A DNA stretch of 62,085 nt, counting the filler, from Globobulimina sp. (taxonomy: Eukaryota): NCBI GenBank assembly GCA_003354225.1. It is 22 parts of 22 records of this genome, joined end to end, with 100 filler letters (N's around TTAATTAATTAA, not from the genome) between each part and the next. Parts side by side here need not be neighbours in the genome. Positions count along the whole stretch, not along the records: positions 22,635 to 25,362 come from PIVH01005179.1; positions 25,463 to 28,190 come from PIVH01005180.1; positions 28,291 to 31,018 come from PIVH01005181.1; positions 31,119 to 33,845 come from PIVH01005182.1; positions 33,946 to 36,672 come from PIVH01005183.1; 17 more parts are not named here. One strand, given 5' to 3'. Both the position numbers and the translations under genes were made by a program. Below the pieces are notes generated by a model, which saw nothing but the letters and a program-made list of their open reading frames with translations, was not told the DNA's origin and searched no databases. Numbering within the stretch: position 1 is the stretch's first letter; every line of letters begins with the position of its first letter. This document shows positions 24,452 to 36,772 of this stretch, in pieces.

Positions 24452-24870
24452 TCGACACAGAGAGTCGATTTAAGACAGAGAGAGTCGATTTACGACACAG
24501 AGTCTCGATTAACGACACAGAGTGTCGATTGGCGACAAAGTGTGTCGATTTGTCGACATAGAGAGTCGATTTACGACATAGATTGTCGATTTGCGACACA
24601 GATTGTCGATTCAAGACACAGATTGTCTATTCAAGACACATAGTGTCGATTTACGACACATAGTGTCGATTTACGACACAGATTGTCGATTTAAGACACA
24701 GAGTGTCGTTTTAAGACACATAGTGTCGATCTACGACATAGATTGTCGATTTAAGACACAGAGTGTCGTTTTAAGACACATAGTGTCGATTTACGACACA
24801 GATTGTCGATTTAAGACACAGAGTGTCGTTTTAAGACACAGATTGTCGATTCAAGACACAGATTGTCGGA
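24452..24870. repeat. 20-21-bp minisatellite, about 20 units, each a mini-palindrome
   Basis: Units of the form (C/A)GACACA-GA(T/G)-TGTCG-ATTTA. Confidence 0.92.
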
Positions 24871-25244
24871 TGACATATACAGGTTCGTCCAACTAGTCAT
24901 AAATGAATGTTGCTTGATAGCAGAGCTGTTGTTAGTTCGATTGTTAACAATGTATGATTCTATTGTAAGGAACAGTTTTCTATTTTCGGTACTCATGGCT
25001 CGGCGATGGCTACAGAGTGATTACTTATTGTGCTACTCACTTTGTATACTATCGCAGACCCCTTGAGCCGATATGCTACATGGAAAAGCTTTGAAAATAT
25101 ATGTAAGTATTGTTTTATCACAAATTATTTCTACTTATTCTATGAATGGGTAAATATGATGACTAGAGTAGGAGTTATACTTTGAGTGAGAGAAGCCACA
25201 CTTTGTAGGGTCCAGTGCCTTCTTGTTGTAAAACATGACTCCCA

Positions 25245-25362
25245 GCTATACTTTAGCGTGCTTCCGTGGCGGGAGTTATACTTTAGCGTGCTCCCGTGGC
25301 GGGAGCTATACTTTAGCGTGCTCCCGTGGCGGGAGCTATACTTTAGCGTGCTCCCGTGGCGG
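25245..25362. repeat. 30-bp tandem repeat (about 4 copies, runs off the contig) with a GC hairpin
   Basis: GCTATACTTTAGCGTGCTCCCGTGGCGGGA units. CTCCCG-TGG-CGGGAG forms a stem. Confidence 0.92.
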
Positions 25363-25462
25363 NNNNNNNNNNNNNNNNNNNNNNNNNNNNNNNNNNNNNN
25401 NNNNNNTTAATTAATTAANNNNNNNNNNNNNNNNNNNNNNNNNNNNNNNNNNNNNNNNNNNN

Positions 25463-25868
25463 TCTCGATCTAACACATTATCATTTCCCATTTAGTTTTA
25501 ACGAAGACAGTAGCAATGACGGTACAGGATTAAATAATTTAGGAAATAGTTGTTACATAAATGCAACTTTGCAAACAGTTGCCAATTCATCTCATTATGT
25601 TGCTCAATTATTACAAACAATTCAAAAATGCAAAGATTCCACCATGAGTCGAAAACAGAGACGTTGTTTCCTGAGAGTGCTTTATTTTTTCCATGCATTA
25701 TCTGCAATTAATGCCAATGAACCAATTATTCTCAATCTACAAACATTACGAGAAATATTACCGAATCCGTTTTTTCGGGTAAAACAAGAGGATGCTCATG
25801 AATTCGTCCTTAAAATGTTTATTTTGCGTAGCAAAAAAAAATTTTCGGAGTTAAATTTCTGTCCTTAA
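25463..25868 (+). pseudogene. USP (peptidase C19) N-terminal fragment
   Basis: GLNNLGNSCYINATLQ Cys box and QEDAHEF. No His box appears before the next gene. Confidence 0.65.
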
Positions 25869-26009
25869 GTGCATCATTTTTCTTCAAAATCTGTCCTTAA
25901 ATATTTGAGTCAACTTATTGCAGCCTTGACAACACGTACCAATAATCCGTTTGAAACAGCCATGTTTTTAGTCAGCAAAACTTTTCATAGGAAAATACAT
26001 CGTTACGTA

Positions 26010-27467
26010 ATGTCTAAATCTAAAAAATGGATACCCATGACATGGAAAGGAAAAGATTCCGTGTTTGTTAATAAAAAAGCATGGAATAGTGAATCAGTGC
26101 TTGTTCCATACAAAGTTATGTTCAAAATTACTTTAATTACCGCCAATAACAAATTAACAATAACGACATTAACACAGTATGATACATCTCAGTCTAAAGT
26201 CTACAAAGGCACTCGATGCAAATTCTCCCCGTCAAAATCTAAAAGCAAAAAAAAATCATCGCGGCACACCAAGGCACCGCATACTGCAATCAATACAAAC
26301 TCATCATTGCCAAAATCACCATCCTCGAGCTCATCCTTCCAAAACAAGCAAAAAATAGAGGATTTCCTAACCATTGCAACAACCTGCAATGCTGGAACCG
26401 CTGCCAGTTTATTACGGAGTGCTGTTAAGTTATCCATGTCAAACAAAACAAAAAACTCTTTATTTTATGATTGATACTGTCGATCAGAACTGGGATGTCC
26501 AAAATGCGATAGAATTCTATTTCAAACATCAAAAGCAAATACATTCGCGAAACAAACACAGTGCGTCACATATCTCGTCCACCACAACCAAAAAACATAC
26601 GAAAAAAGCGGCAAAAGTAAAACAAGCACCAATCAAATATGGCAAAGCAGGAACACGCACTGAAACGCAAAAGAAATTAGTAAAAGAGAAATATGCTGAA
26701 TTATATGCGTCGTTTGGTGACAATGAAATCATTTGTTTCACCGACGGAGCGTGCAAGTATGTAATCAGTCAATCAGTGCTGTTATGTAATACCTTATATC
26801 ATATACTTTGTACAAACAAAGAGGTAATCCAGGCCCAGCAGGCAGTGGTTGTGTGGTGTTATATGGGAAGCGAAATAAAAGCAATTATATACAAAAATCA
26901 TTGGCTTTGGGCATTCAGACCAATAATATCGCGGAATTATATGCGATCGGATTGTCACTACATATTATACAACAACATCCGTCGTCAAATGGATGGATAA
27001 AAACACTAAATAACAATAATAGAAAATTAATTATTCGGATTTTATCGGATTCGCAATATTGTATTGGAGTACTTACTAAGCATTGGAAAATAAATAAAAA
27101 TAAGCAATTAATTGGATGGATTAAAAAAGAGTTGAATTTAGTTTGTGAGAGAGGAGTGTCGGTAACATTTCATTGGGTCGGTGGGCATTCGGGAGTGCAT
27201 TATAACGAAATAGCGGACAGTTTGGCAAATAAAGGCGTTGCCGGCTGTGTCAGACATAAGAAAATTGATGTTACAAAGGCACCGGATTTATTTCGGAAAA
27301 ATACGCCATTGAACAGATCGAATAAAAAACGGAAATTTAAGGAGTTGAATGATAGGAATGATGGGGATACAATGAATTATACACAGCAAATAAAAAAAAG
27401 GAAATTAAATGAAAATACAAATAATAAAATGTCCATAACACCGCCTCAATCACCAACGATATTATGA
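26010..27467 (+). CDS. Ribonuclease H1-type protein with UBA-like domain, two introns (about 26424-26487 and 26757-26821)
   Basis: Splicing gives LLRSA|NWDVQNAIEFYF (UBA-like) and FTDGACK|GNPG, then TNNIAEL, SDSQY and WVGGH..NEIAD (DEDD intact). Confidence 0.85.
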
Positions 27468-27659
27468 TTGAATTTTTGTAGCGAACAAAATGTCTGAAAG
27501 CATGCATTCATTCTGTCGTTGAGTATCGTGTATCTAAATAATTAATTTCATTTGCTTGAGGTAATTAGTGCAACAGTTGTGGTATCTAATAACAAGGAGA
27601 GGGTTATGTACAAACTCATCGTTTAAATTTAGTAGTCTTCAGTTGTTAGAGTGTAAAAA

Positions 27660-28190
27660 ATGGCGACAGAATTAATAGACGATTTACTGAAGCTTTTCCA
27701 AAATGCAGAACTATGTAATTCACTTGAAGATAATGCAGAGATAAAGATGAAAAATCAAACAGCACAGTTTGACTGTGACGCTTACAATCTCTTTAATTTA
27801 GAATGTGTTTCTTTATGCCGTTTAATGAGAGAGCGCAATGTGGAAACTGATGCTACAGATTGTACTCAAATAATATCAGATTTCAAGCGACGAAGAATTT
27901 GAATTTATATTCAAAAAATTTGGTTTTTGTGATATTAAAAAATGTCAAATATTTCGACGAAACTATAGAGATCGAATGAAGGACAGAAAAGTTACTGATC
28001 ATAAAAAAGTAATTGCACAACAAATATTAGATAAAATACATTGTTTTTATTGTCATTGTTTTGATGTTGGGAATAAAATAAATACAAAACATACACAGAA
28101 AATAAATCAAATAATTAATATCGATAATGATGACATTCCATTAATTTCTGTTGATTCAAAAATAAAGGAAATCGCAAATAATATCCGAAA
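27660..28190 (+). CDS. Hypothetical protein (interrupted, 3'-truncated)
   Basis: Consecutive ORFs with CDIKKCQIFRRNYR and LDKIHCFYCH motifs. Confidence 0.4.
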
Positions 28191-28290
28191 NNNNNNNNNN
28201 NNNNNNNNNNNNNNNNNNNNNNNNNNNNNNNNNNTTAATTAATTAANNNNNNNNNNNNNNNNNNNNNNNNNNNNNNNNNNNNNNNNNNNN

Positions 28291-29925
28291 ATTGCGACGA
28301 TGATTATAAATTTGTCGAATCAAACTGTTTTTTTTACTTGATTTTACGCGAATTTCCCATTTATTAGATATACTAAGAAGTTCGGTTAATGTTTTATAAT
28401 TTAATTCTGGTTCACTATAACATTTAGCGATATTATTTTGTATGGCCAGAATTCGATAATTAGTAATTTGTTGAGGCGTAAATGTTTGCTTTCTTTTGAT
28501 TTTTTTGTCTGTTGATTTTTTTGCATTTTTTTGTGTTGATTTAGGTTTAGTGGATGGTTTTAGAGATTGGGACGGTTTTGGAGAGTTGGGATTTTTTGGA
28601 GTGTTAGGAGTTTTTGGATGTTTTGAAGGCGCTCTATGGAACAACATATCAAAATCCTCATCATCATCATCAAATTCTTTTATATCAATTGAATTTTTTG
28701 TTTGTTTTGGAGTTTTTGGTGGTTTGGTATTTTTTTGTGTTGATTTAGGTTTAGTGGGGGGTTTTAAAGATTTGGAGGGTTTTGGAGAGTTAGGTGTTTT
28801 TGGATGTTTTGGTGTTTTTGGTGGTTTGGGACTTTTTTGTGTTGATTTAGGTTTATTGTTAGTGTTGTTTTTGTTGAGTGATGACGTTGAGTTGCCACAG
28901 TGTTTTAACTTCGATTCATAATCAGATATAGCAGCAGAACCTTGTTGATTATTTAATTTTTCTAATAAAAGAACATAACATTCTTTGTAATTTAATTTTG
29001 TTTTTTGTTTAATTACTGCATCATTGCAGTTTACATAACCATTGCTTACTGCTATATCAGTTGAATAATGACCACAATATATTGTTGAGCCATGATGATT
29101 AACAGCAGCTATAACTTTATACGCAGTATATTCATTATTACAATTTAAAACAACAGGTTTTGTACACTCGACAACATTATTTTGTTTCCTGACATGTACT
29201 CGACCTGCAAAGCGTTTTAAATTTATCATTAAATATCTCTCTGATAATTGCGTAAATTGTGTTTTCTTGGTGTCATCATGTTTTGTGTTACAGTGCTGAC
29301 AACGTAATAATGTAACCGGCTCAGGTTTTAAATAATCATCAATTAATTTTTGTAACGATGTGCTTTCCCCGTTAGCAGGTAAAGCCAAATCAAACATAAA
29401 ACGTGGTTCAGTGAACCCAATATGACATTCATTTTTATTTTTACAATTTATCCAGTCGCTTGTGGCAAACGCAAAATTATTTCGTACAAAGCGTTGCATG
29501 TCATCAATTCTTGAATAATTACTGGAGGTAATAGTCAAAGCATCTGGTACGATATTATCATTGTTTAAATCAACGATCATGTTAAAAAAATAACCAATAC
29601 ATGCGTTAGCATCTTGTTCAAGATTAATATCCCATAATGGATCAGGGGTAGTTACATCAGTGGTGGCAACTTTCGATTTTTGGTAATTGACATATTGGAT
29701 GAAATGCCTGGCAGCCTCGTTACATTGCGTGGCTGGAATTGGGTTAGAATTTTGTGCATTTAATTTTTTGATTAAAGTGAATGTTGTAGCTAATACATCA
29801 CTTTCTTTTCTTTCATATTCCTGAAAACAACTTGGCCAAGAAATTACGCTGAAAAGTTGTGCACTACTATTCAGCCAACAAATTGGTTTATTTCGTCGCA
29901 TGCGTCGTCTATGTAGGTGCAACAT
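28291..29925 (-). CDS. Divergent intronless USP (C19) protease with K/P-rich repeats (3'-truncated)
   Basis: ICWLNSSAQ Cys box, EQDA, zinc-ribbon cysteines, INLKRF, HHGS...GHY, CNDA. Confidence 0.8.
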
Positions 29926-29954
29926 CGCTATGTATTATTAAAGTATAAGTTAAC

Positions 29955-30870
29955 AAAATATTGAGTGCAAGGATAAAAAATTCAAAATTTCAAAAATCAA
30001 ACATAAAAACTTGCGAATTTGCGTGAATTGTTTTTGTAACACTTTGTTGGACCCAGAGGTTTTCGACAGAACTTAAAATTTTTTGAGTGCAAGGATAAAA
30101 AATATTGAGTGCAAGGAAAAAATAGAATTTTCCAGAAATTTCTAGAATTTTTATTTTTTCAAAAACTATTTTTTATCATTGCACACAACACAATGCTGTT
30201 ATTACAGTAATGCAACGCACAAGTGTGTTCAGTTGTAGTTTCGTGATGTTTTACATCTTTCTAGTCAGTTGTTAATGGTAACGTAAGTTAATACCTGTCT
30301 ATGCAGTTTGTTGATGGTGGATATAACTGCTTGTAAGATCAAAGAGTCAGTTGTGAAGTTGCAAAGATGACGATTTGGCTTGAAGTGACGAAAGGATGGT
30401 GTTGGATTAAATGTCAGAAAAGTTTCTAATTTTTGAGTGAAAAACTGTTTTTTTTGAGTTAGTAGCTGATGGATTGACAAGTTGTTTGCAAAGAAACTTT
30501 TTCAAAGAAAAGCATAAAAAACTTTGAAGTTATCGAAAACCTCTGGGTCCAAAACAAAATATTTTTGTTGTGAAATGGTGATTTGAGATGAACCAAGTTA
30601 TCATATTTTTTTTGTTTGTTTTTTTGTGCGAATATGCGTAGTTCTTTTTTAATTTTTATCCTTGCACTCAAAATATTTTTGTTGGGAAATGGTGATTTGA
30701 GATGAACCAAGTTATCATATTTTTTTTGTTTGTGTTTTTATGCGAATATGCGTAGTTCTTTTTTAATTTTTATCCTTGCACTCAAAATATTTTTGTTGGG
30801 AAATGGTGATTTGAGATGAACCAAGTTATCAATATATTTTTTATTTTCTGGAAATTTCTGGAAATTTCTT
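29955..30870. repeat. Foldback region including a 114-bp tandem repeat
   Basis: TTGAGTGCAAGGATAAAAA on the left is inverted relative to TTTTTATCCTTGCACTCAA on the right. TTGGACCCAGAGGTTTTCGA (about 30047) is inverted at about 30533. Units start at 30556, 30670 and 30784. Confidence 0.8.
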
Positions 30871-30888
30871 AAAATTTTTGAAATTTTT

Positions 30889-31018
30889 CGTCTCTGAAAT
30901 TCATGTACAAAATCCGTTTCTGAAATTCATGTACAAAATTCGTTTCTGAAAATCATGTACAAAATTCGTTTCTGAAATTTTATGTACAAAATTCGTTTCT
31001 GAAAATCATGTACAAAAT
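30889..31018. repeat. 26-27-bp tandem repeat, about 5 copies
   Basis: CGTTTCTGAAAATCATGTACAAAATT units. Confidence 0.9.
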
Positions 31019-31295
31019 NNNNNNNNNNNNNNNNNNNNNNNNNNNNNNNNNNNNNNNNNNNNTTAATTAATTAANNNNNNNNNNNNNNNNNNNNNNNNNN
31101 NNNNNNNNNNNNNNNNNNTACGATGTTTTGAAGAGTATCAAAAAAGACTGTTAATAATAAAAACATGAACATATAAAAAATGTACGATTGCAAAAATTTG
31201 CAATGACTAATTCAATAAAAATGCAATATATAATATACACAGAATCCGACAATTTTGGACAAACTACAAATTGCTGAATTTCAACAATTATAAAA

Positions 31296-32174
31296 TTACA
31301 AAGAATTTAATTTCCTCCATTTATTAAACTCATCAAAACTAATTTTACCATCCCCATTGTCATCATTTTCAGTGACAAATGATTTTGCTCTGTTGATACA
31401 TCCTTGATTTGTATTAGATTTCATCAATGCGGGTTGATTCGTGACTGCGGCAGAAATCTTTTGTTGGCAAAACAACATTGCGGCCAATTCATCGACTTCC
31501 AGAAAACCACTATCGTCATAGTCGAATATTTGGAAGAATAAAAACAATGAATCCTCATTGGTTGAATCCACCAATGAGGACAATGTCGCCATAAAGTCAT
31601 TGAAATCAATCTCTTTTTCATTATCTAAATCAAATTTACTCCAAATCAGTTCTTGAAGATGTTTATTTATATCAATGTTAAGCCCAAATATTTTTAATGC
31701 CGCTGTTAAACCATCAATATCCATTTTGTCTGAGTTATGGCCTTTTGCATACAATGTAAATATTTCGTATAATCCGGAAAACGATGCCGCTGTCAAGTAA
31801 CATATGAAATTACGTATATATTATAATCTAAAATAATGTATTTATTACTTACAGTTTGGTGATATGATCATTGTTGGTGGAGGTAGTTCATCTGTTTTTG
31901 GTATAGTTGAGGTTTTGGGTATATTTGATGGTTTGGGGTCATCAGTAATCGGTGCTGCAGCAGCTTCTGTTGGTATATCACATGTATTTGGGGCAGGTTT
32001 GGGTTCGTTGCTTTCTGTTTTATGTGGTTTGTTATTATTAACCACTGGATGGCTTACGGGTTTGTAATCTTCCGTTGGTTTTTCTGTTTTGGTTGCGTAT
32101 GATTTCATCGACGATCTTTTATCTTCCGGTGGGGCTGACTCAGGTGAGGGTGGATTGGATTTACAGCAACCCAT
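31296..32174 (-). CDS. N-acylated EF-hand calcium sensor, two exons
   Basis: MGCC start (myristoylation/palmitoylation) and EF loops DLDNEKEIDFND, DYDDSGFLEVDE, DDNGDGKISFDE. GTAAGT donor at 31852. Confidence 0.85.
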
Positions 32175-32265
32175 ATTTCTTATATGTACTTTTAAACTGT
32201 TTGAGTTGTTGAGGTATGTTTTTGATGTGTTTTTGTGAAATAAAAAACTAAGTACAACTGAAACA

Positions 32266-33371
32266 ATGGCACAAGGAAAAGTGTGTGAATTGATTTATAT
32301 TGCTGAAATAGCAGATGTATGGTCAAGTATTGAAGCTTTTGTTGAATATCATCCACCGCAACAAATATGGGATGCTGTCAATAACATTGACGCGCAACCT
32401 ATTCATAAAAAAAAGAGGAAACGAAGAAACATTAAAAAGGTAAAGAGGCCAACAAGTACAGATAAAAGTAATTATGATCGATGGAAACTTACATCCTTAT
32501 CTTTATTAAATAAACAATGGAATGAATTTATTAAAACTAATTTGAAATATTTAAATTGGATGCTATTGGATCCAAGGACTAAATATGAAAATTGTTTGAA
32601 TGTATCTGTTGAAGACGCATTAAAATCGTCCAATTTCACAGGATTAAAATATATCAATTTATGTGAAACACATTTAAGGTATGACCGGATAGTAAACAAT
32701 GGAATTTATCCACATTTCTACGTATTTGATCAATTCTATTTCTATTCCATTATTTAATTCCGTCTACTATGCCTTTATAAGAATAATGCCTCAGATATTA
32801 AAATCATACGCAAATCTAAAATATTTAAATTTGTCTGAAAATGAAATTGGTAATAAATACTGTAGGCAAATGTGGGCATATTTCCTTAGTTTTGAAATTA
32901 ATAAAAACATACAATTACCAAATACAAAATCGTTTGCTCCCCATTTTGATGCTAATATTAATTATTCAATAAAAGCATGCATTGATACTATATACTTTGA
33001 AATATGGCAACATTCCATATAAATTACCAAAACACATTAAATTATTAACAAAATTGAGAGTATTATCAATACGAAATAATCATATTCATAATATTCCAAT
33101 TGAAATTATCAAACCATTGAGGAATTTGAAAGAATTTTATTTTGATTTTAATCCATTGCTGTATTTCCCTGTTTGTTTACCGTCACTTAATATATCAATA
33201 CCACAACGCACACAAAATCAATGGGATTGTAAACATCCCACATTGTCATTCAATAAAGATATGCATCAAATATTTGCATATTTTTTTGATAATGTTATTC
33301 CAAAAAATGACATGCTTGAAAACCCTGAAAAACATCGATTAAAAACTCCTATTAAGGTAGTAAGCGATTAG
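32266..33371 (+). CDS. Leucine-rich repeat protein (spliced)
   Basis: LKYINLCET, LKYLNLSENEI, LRVLSIRNNHI and LKEFYFDFNPL spread across three frames. Confidence 0.65.
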
Positions 33372-33945
33372 ATCAATTGTAGAAATTCGTTCGTTTAAAT
33401 AATTTATGTTTGTACTGTTTTTGTTTGTGTGTTATGTACAACATGGACACAAATTATATTGTACAATCAATGTTTTTTTTACAATTGATTCAATACGCTT
33501 TCTTTAGGCAACACCAAATGGGAAACATTTGAGATTTGTAGATTCGGATTATTATGATAGTGGAGATAGTGAATATAGTGAAGATAGTGAAGATAGCGAA
33601 GATAGCGAAGATAGCGAAGATAGTGAAGATAATGAAACAAGCAAAGCTGCAGAGGAAGGAACGAGATTAAAACATGAAAGTGACGATAAATTAATTGAAT
33701 GTTATTTTGAAAATAGTGATGTTGGATTGATACATATTATGACGGATATTGCGGTGAGATATTTATGGCGGAAGTCAATGGCATGGAATAGATATGGAGG
33801 TTATGAAGGGAGTGATGGATGGAATCAACCAAAAGATAAAAGATANNNNNNNNNNNNNNNNNNNNNNNNNNNNNNNNNNNNNNNNNNNNTTAATTAATTA
33901 ANNNNNNNNNNNNNNNNNNNNNNNNNNNNNNNNNNNNNNNNNNNN

Positions 33946-34980
33946 AGTTGCGGATATTGAATTTTGTACTTGGCCTTCTTGATCAGATGCTGTTGTTTTT
34001 GCTTGTGATGGTGATTGGGATAATGTCACTGATGTGGATTCTGCATTTGTTGGTGGTGATGTTGTTGGTGCTTTTGTGGTTGGTTGCGATGTAGTGGGTG
34101 ATACTGTAGTCGGTTGTGCCGTCGTTTGTAAATCATTGGTTGGAATATTAGTCGGTGATTCGGTTGGTGTAGGTGCATTGGTCGGCAATTTGGTTGGGGA
34201 CATGGACGGTAATTTGACCATATCAGCACATTGATTGATACACTCACAAGTATTGAATTGATTACAGTCTAAAGTTGTTGTTGCTGGACATGATTGAAGT
34301 TCTACACACTCAATGGAACAATCAGCATTTGGTGCATTGCATTGTAAAGTATAATTAGCAGCGCTGTTAGTATGTGTTTGTTTAGTACCACAACTTGCCA
34401 TATCGCCTTCACAAATGGCAGTTGCATCTTTACACACTTCCCTTCCTCGACATTCGTGAAAACATGTTGAGCTGGGAGACGAATCCCATTCAGAGAGTGA
34501 TTCAGATTCAGAAATTGGTAAATATGAATGGATGTCGCCACAAAATAATCCTACATATATACATATTACATATTATGTTATAATTATTCATACTGCAGTG
34601 TATAGGGACAAATACAGACTTGATCGTTTGCACGCATAATCATGAGCACATTCAAAAAATGTAATGGGTGCAGCAGAATAAACCTGTAAATACTGGCATG
34701 AATCCAGATTTAAACATCTTACTTTGCATTCTGTGGCTGCATTTGTGCAATAAATGAATGCATTATTACAATCACCTATATGTATATTAGTTTTACACTA
34801 CCCAATGGAATGAATTACAATATATATATACACTACTAAACCGCATTCAAATAGACATATTTCAGTATCTCTACAAATCATTGTCATTCCATTACAAGCA
34901 CCACAATTGAACACTGTACAATTTGATATGCATAGATGTATTACTGCCACATATATAACTGCCCACAGATAAGTTGCCAT
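33946..34980 (-). CDS. Secreted Cys-rich protein with PT-rich stalk (multi-exon, 3'-truncated)
   Basis: Signal peptide, Cys-rich exons and PTxxPT repeats. Confidence 0.6.
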
Positions 34981-35109
34981 TCTGCAAAGAGTATCAGAGT
35001 AAAGAACAATTGCAATTTTCGAGTTATTTTGTTAGTTTCATTCACAAATTAGCAACAACAAAAAAGATGATATTAAAAGACATGAACAATCGTTATATAT
35101 ATTTTCGCT

Positions 35110-36274
35110 TCACAACATTCCATTACTTTGAATATATTTGGAGACCCATATTTTCATATCGCTGGCAAATGTGTCCTGCGAAAACTTTGCAACATAAACA
35201 TCAAACCGCCCTTCAATTATTTTGCCATAATCATCCTGCACAGAAACCATCTTTGTCGCACCACTCTTCTCCCCAAAGGTCCGTATAATCCATGCCGCCA
35301 AATGTTCCAATGATCCTTTTATTTTCGCAGAATCCACATCCGGTTTAGTACTGCTCCCTGTTTGCATCTTATGCAATTTCACCCGATATATAATCACAGC
35401 CAAAGTCAACAGACTCAACAATTGTTTGGCATCGACCTTACTTGCTTTAAATTTACTAAATAACTGCGTCACCACTTTATCACTCAAACTGGTCTCTAAA
35501 AAATCCATAAAGCCAAAATCCTTGCTTCCATTGCCTGATTGCGGCACTGTTTGCGGTTTAATACATAATAAATATGATTTGGCCCTCGCTCCTTCACTGT
35601 GAATAATCTCTATTTGATCCTGCAATTTATTCAAATTATATCGCTTTGGTTTTGCTTTTTTAGGCTCTTCAGTCTCTTTCTCATCGTCTGTTTTGACCGC
35701 CGGCGAATTGTTTTCCTGTAATTGTGTTAGTAATTTATCAATGTGTTCTTGACCGGATTTATAGTTCTTTTGTAGTAATTGCTGGGAGGCTCTTAATAAT
35801 TTATTTTCTGCTTTTAATTCTTCCATTTCATTGTTATAATTTGTTTGCGCTGTGAATGCGTTCGTTTTTTCATCTTCGAGTGTTGATATTTGTTCCTGTA
35901 ACGTTGATATTTCATTATCGTGTTTGGTTTTGAGCGTTTCACGTTTTTCTATTTCTTCTGACTGTTTTCAGATATATTTGATTCACAAAAGCGCAATGAA
36001 TGAATAAATTGGAAACATACTAATTGTTGAGATAATTCCTGTTGGGTAGCCATGGCGGTGTTATTGGTATTGTTGGATGAATCTAATTCAGATTTGAGCT
36101 ATTCATGGTATATACAGTATGCAAATATCGTTTTTAAATTCTAAAAGCAGTGCACGAAACTTCTTTGTTTTCTTGCTGTACCGCAATGAGTTCTTTTTTT
36201 AATGCACGAAGCTGGCTTCCTAAACGATTTCTTTTCTCTTCATTCTCACTTGAACCAAATAAACAAGCCATCAT
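35110..36274 (-). CDS. Coiled-coil hypothetical protein (multi-exon)
   Basis: Heptad-rich exons followed by a 238-aa terminal ORF. Confidence 0.55.
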
Positions 36275-36772
36275 CACAATATAAGTTGGAAAAATGTTAA
36301 AAACTTTTCTTTCTTTCACTCAAAAACGGTCAACCATCATCTCCGCAATCAAACACACCGTAAACAAAACATGAAAACGATGTTCTCAAGACTCAGAAAC
36401 AGTACACTGTATTATTGCAAATCAACATCTAAGCTATCACTGGTTAAAACAACATATGTACAAATATCTGTATATTGCATGAATATGAACCACTAAAACA
36501 CAACACTTTCGCCAGTTGGGTGCCACTGCCGGCATAACCACATTGGGACTAACATATACAACCTCCGTGCTAGCAGCAACCAACGCCAACTCTCCCAATC
36601 CACCAAATCCACCAAACCCTAAGAAAAAACGCAGAATTATAGAAATGAACGAAGAAGATCAAGACGTGGAAGNNNNNNNNNNNNNNNNNNNNNNNNNNNN
36701 NNNNNNNNNNNNNNNNTTAATTAATTAANNNNNNNNNNNNNNNNNNNNNNNNNNNNNNNNNNNNNNNNNNNN

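Noticed and set aside
24452-25362. CRISPR array
   Set aside because: Units are contiguous with no unique spacers, and no cas genes are present. ORFs 24591-24896 and 25186-25410 are translations of the repeats.
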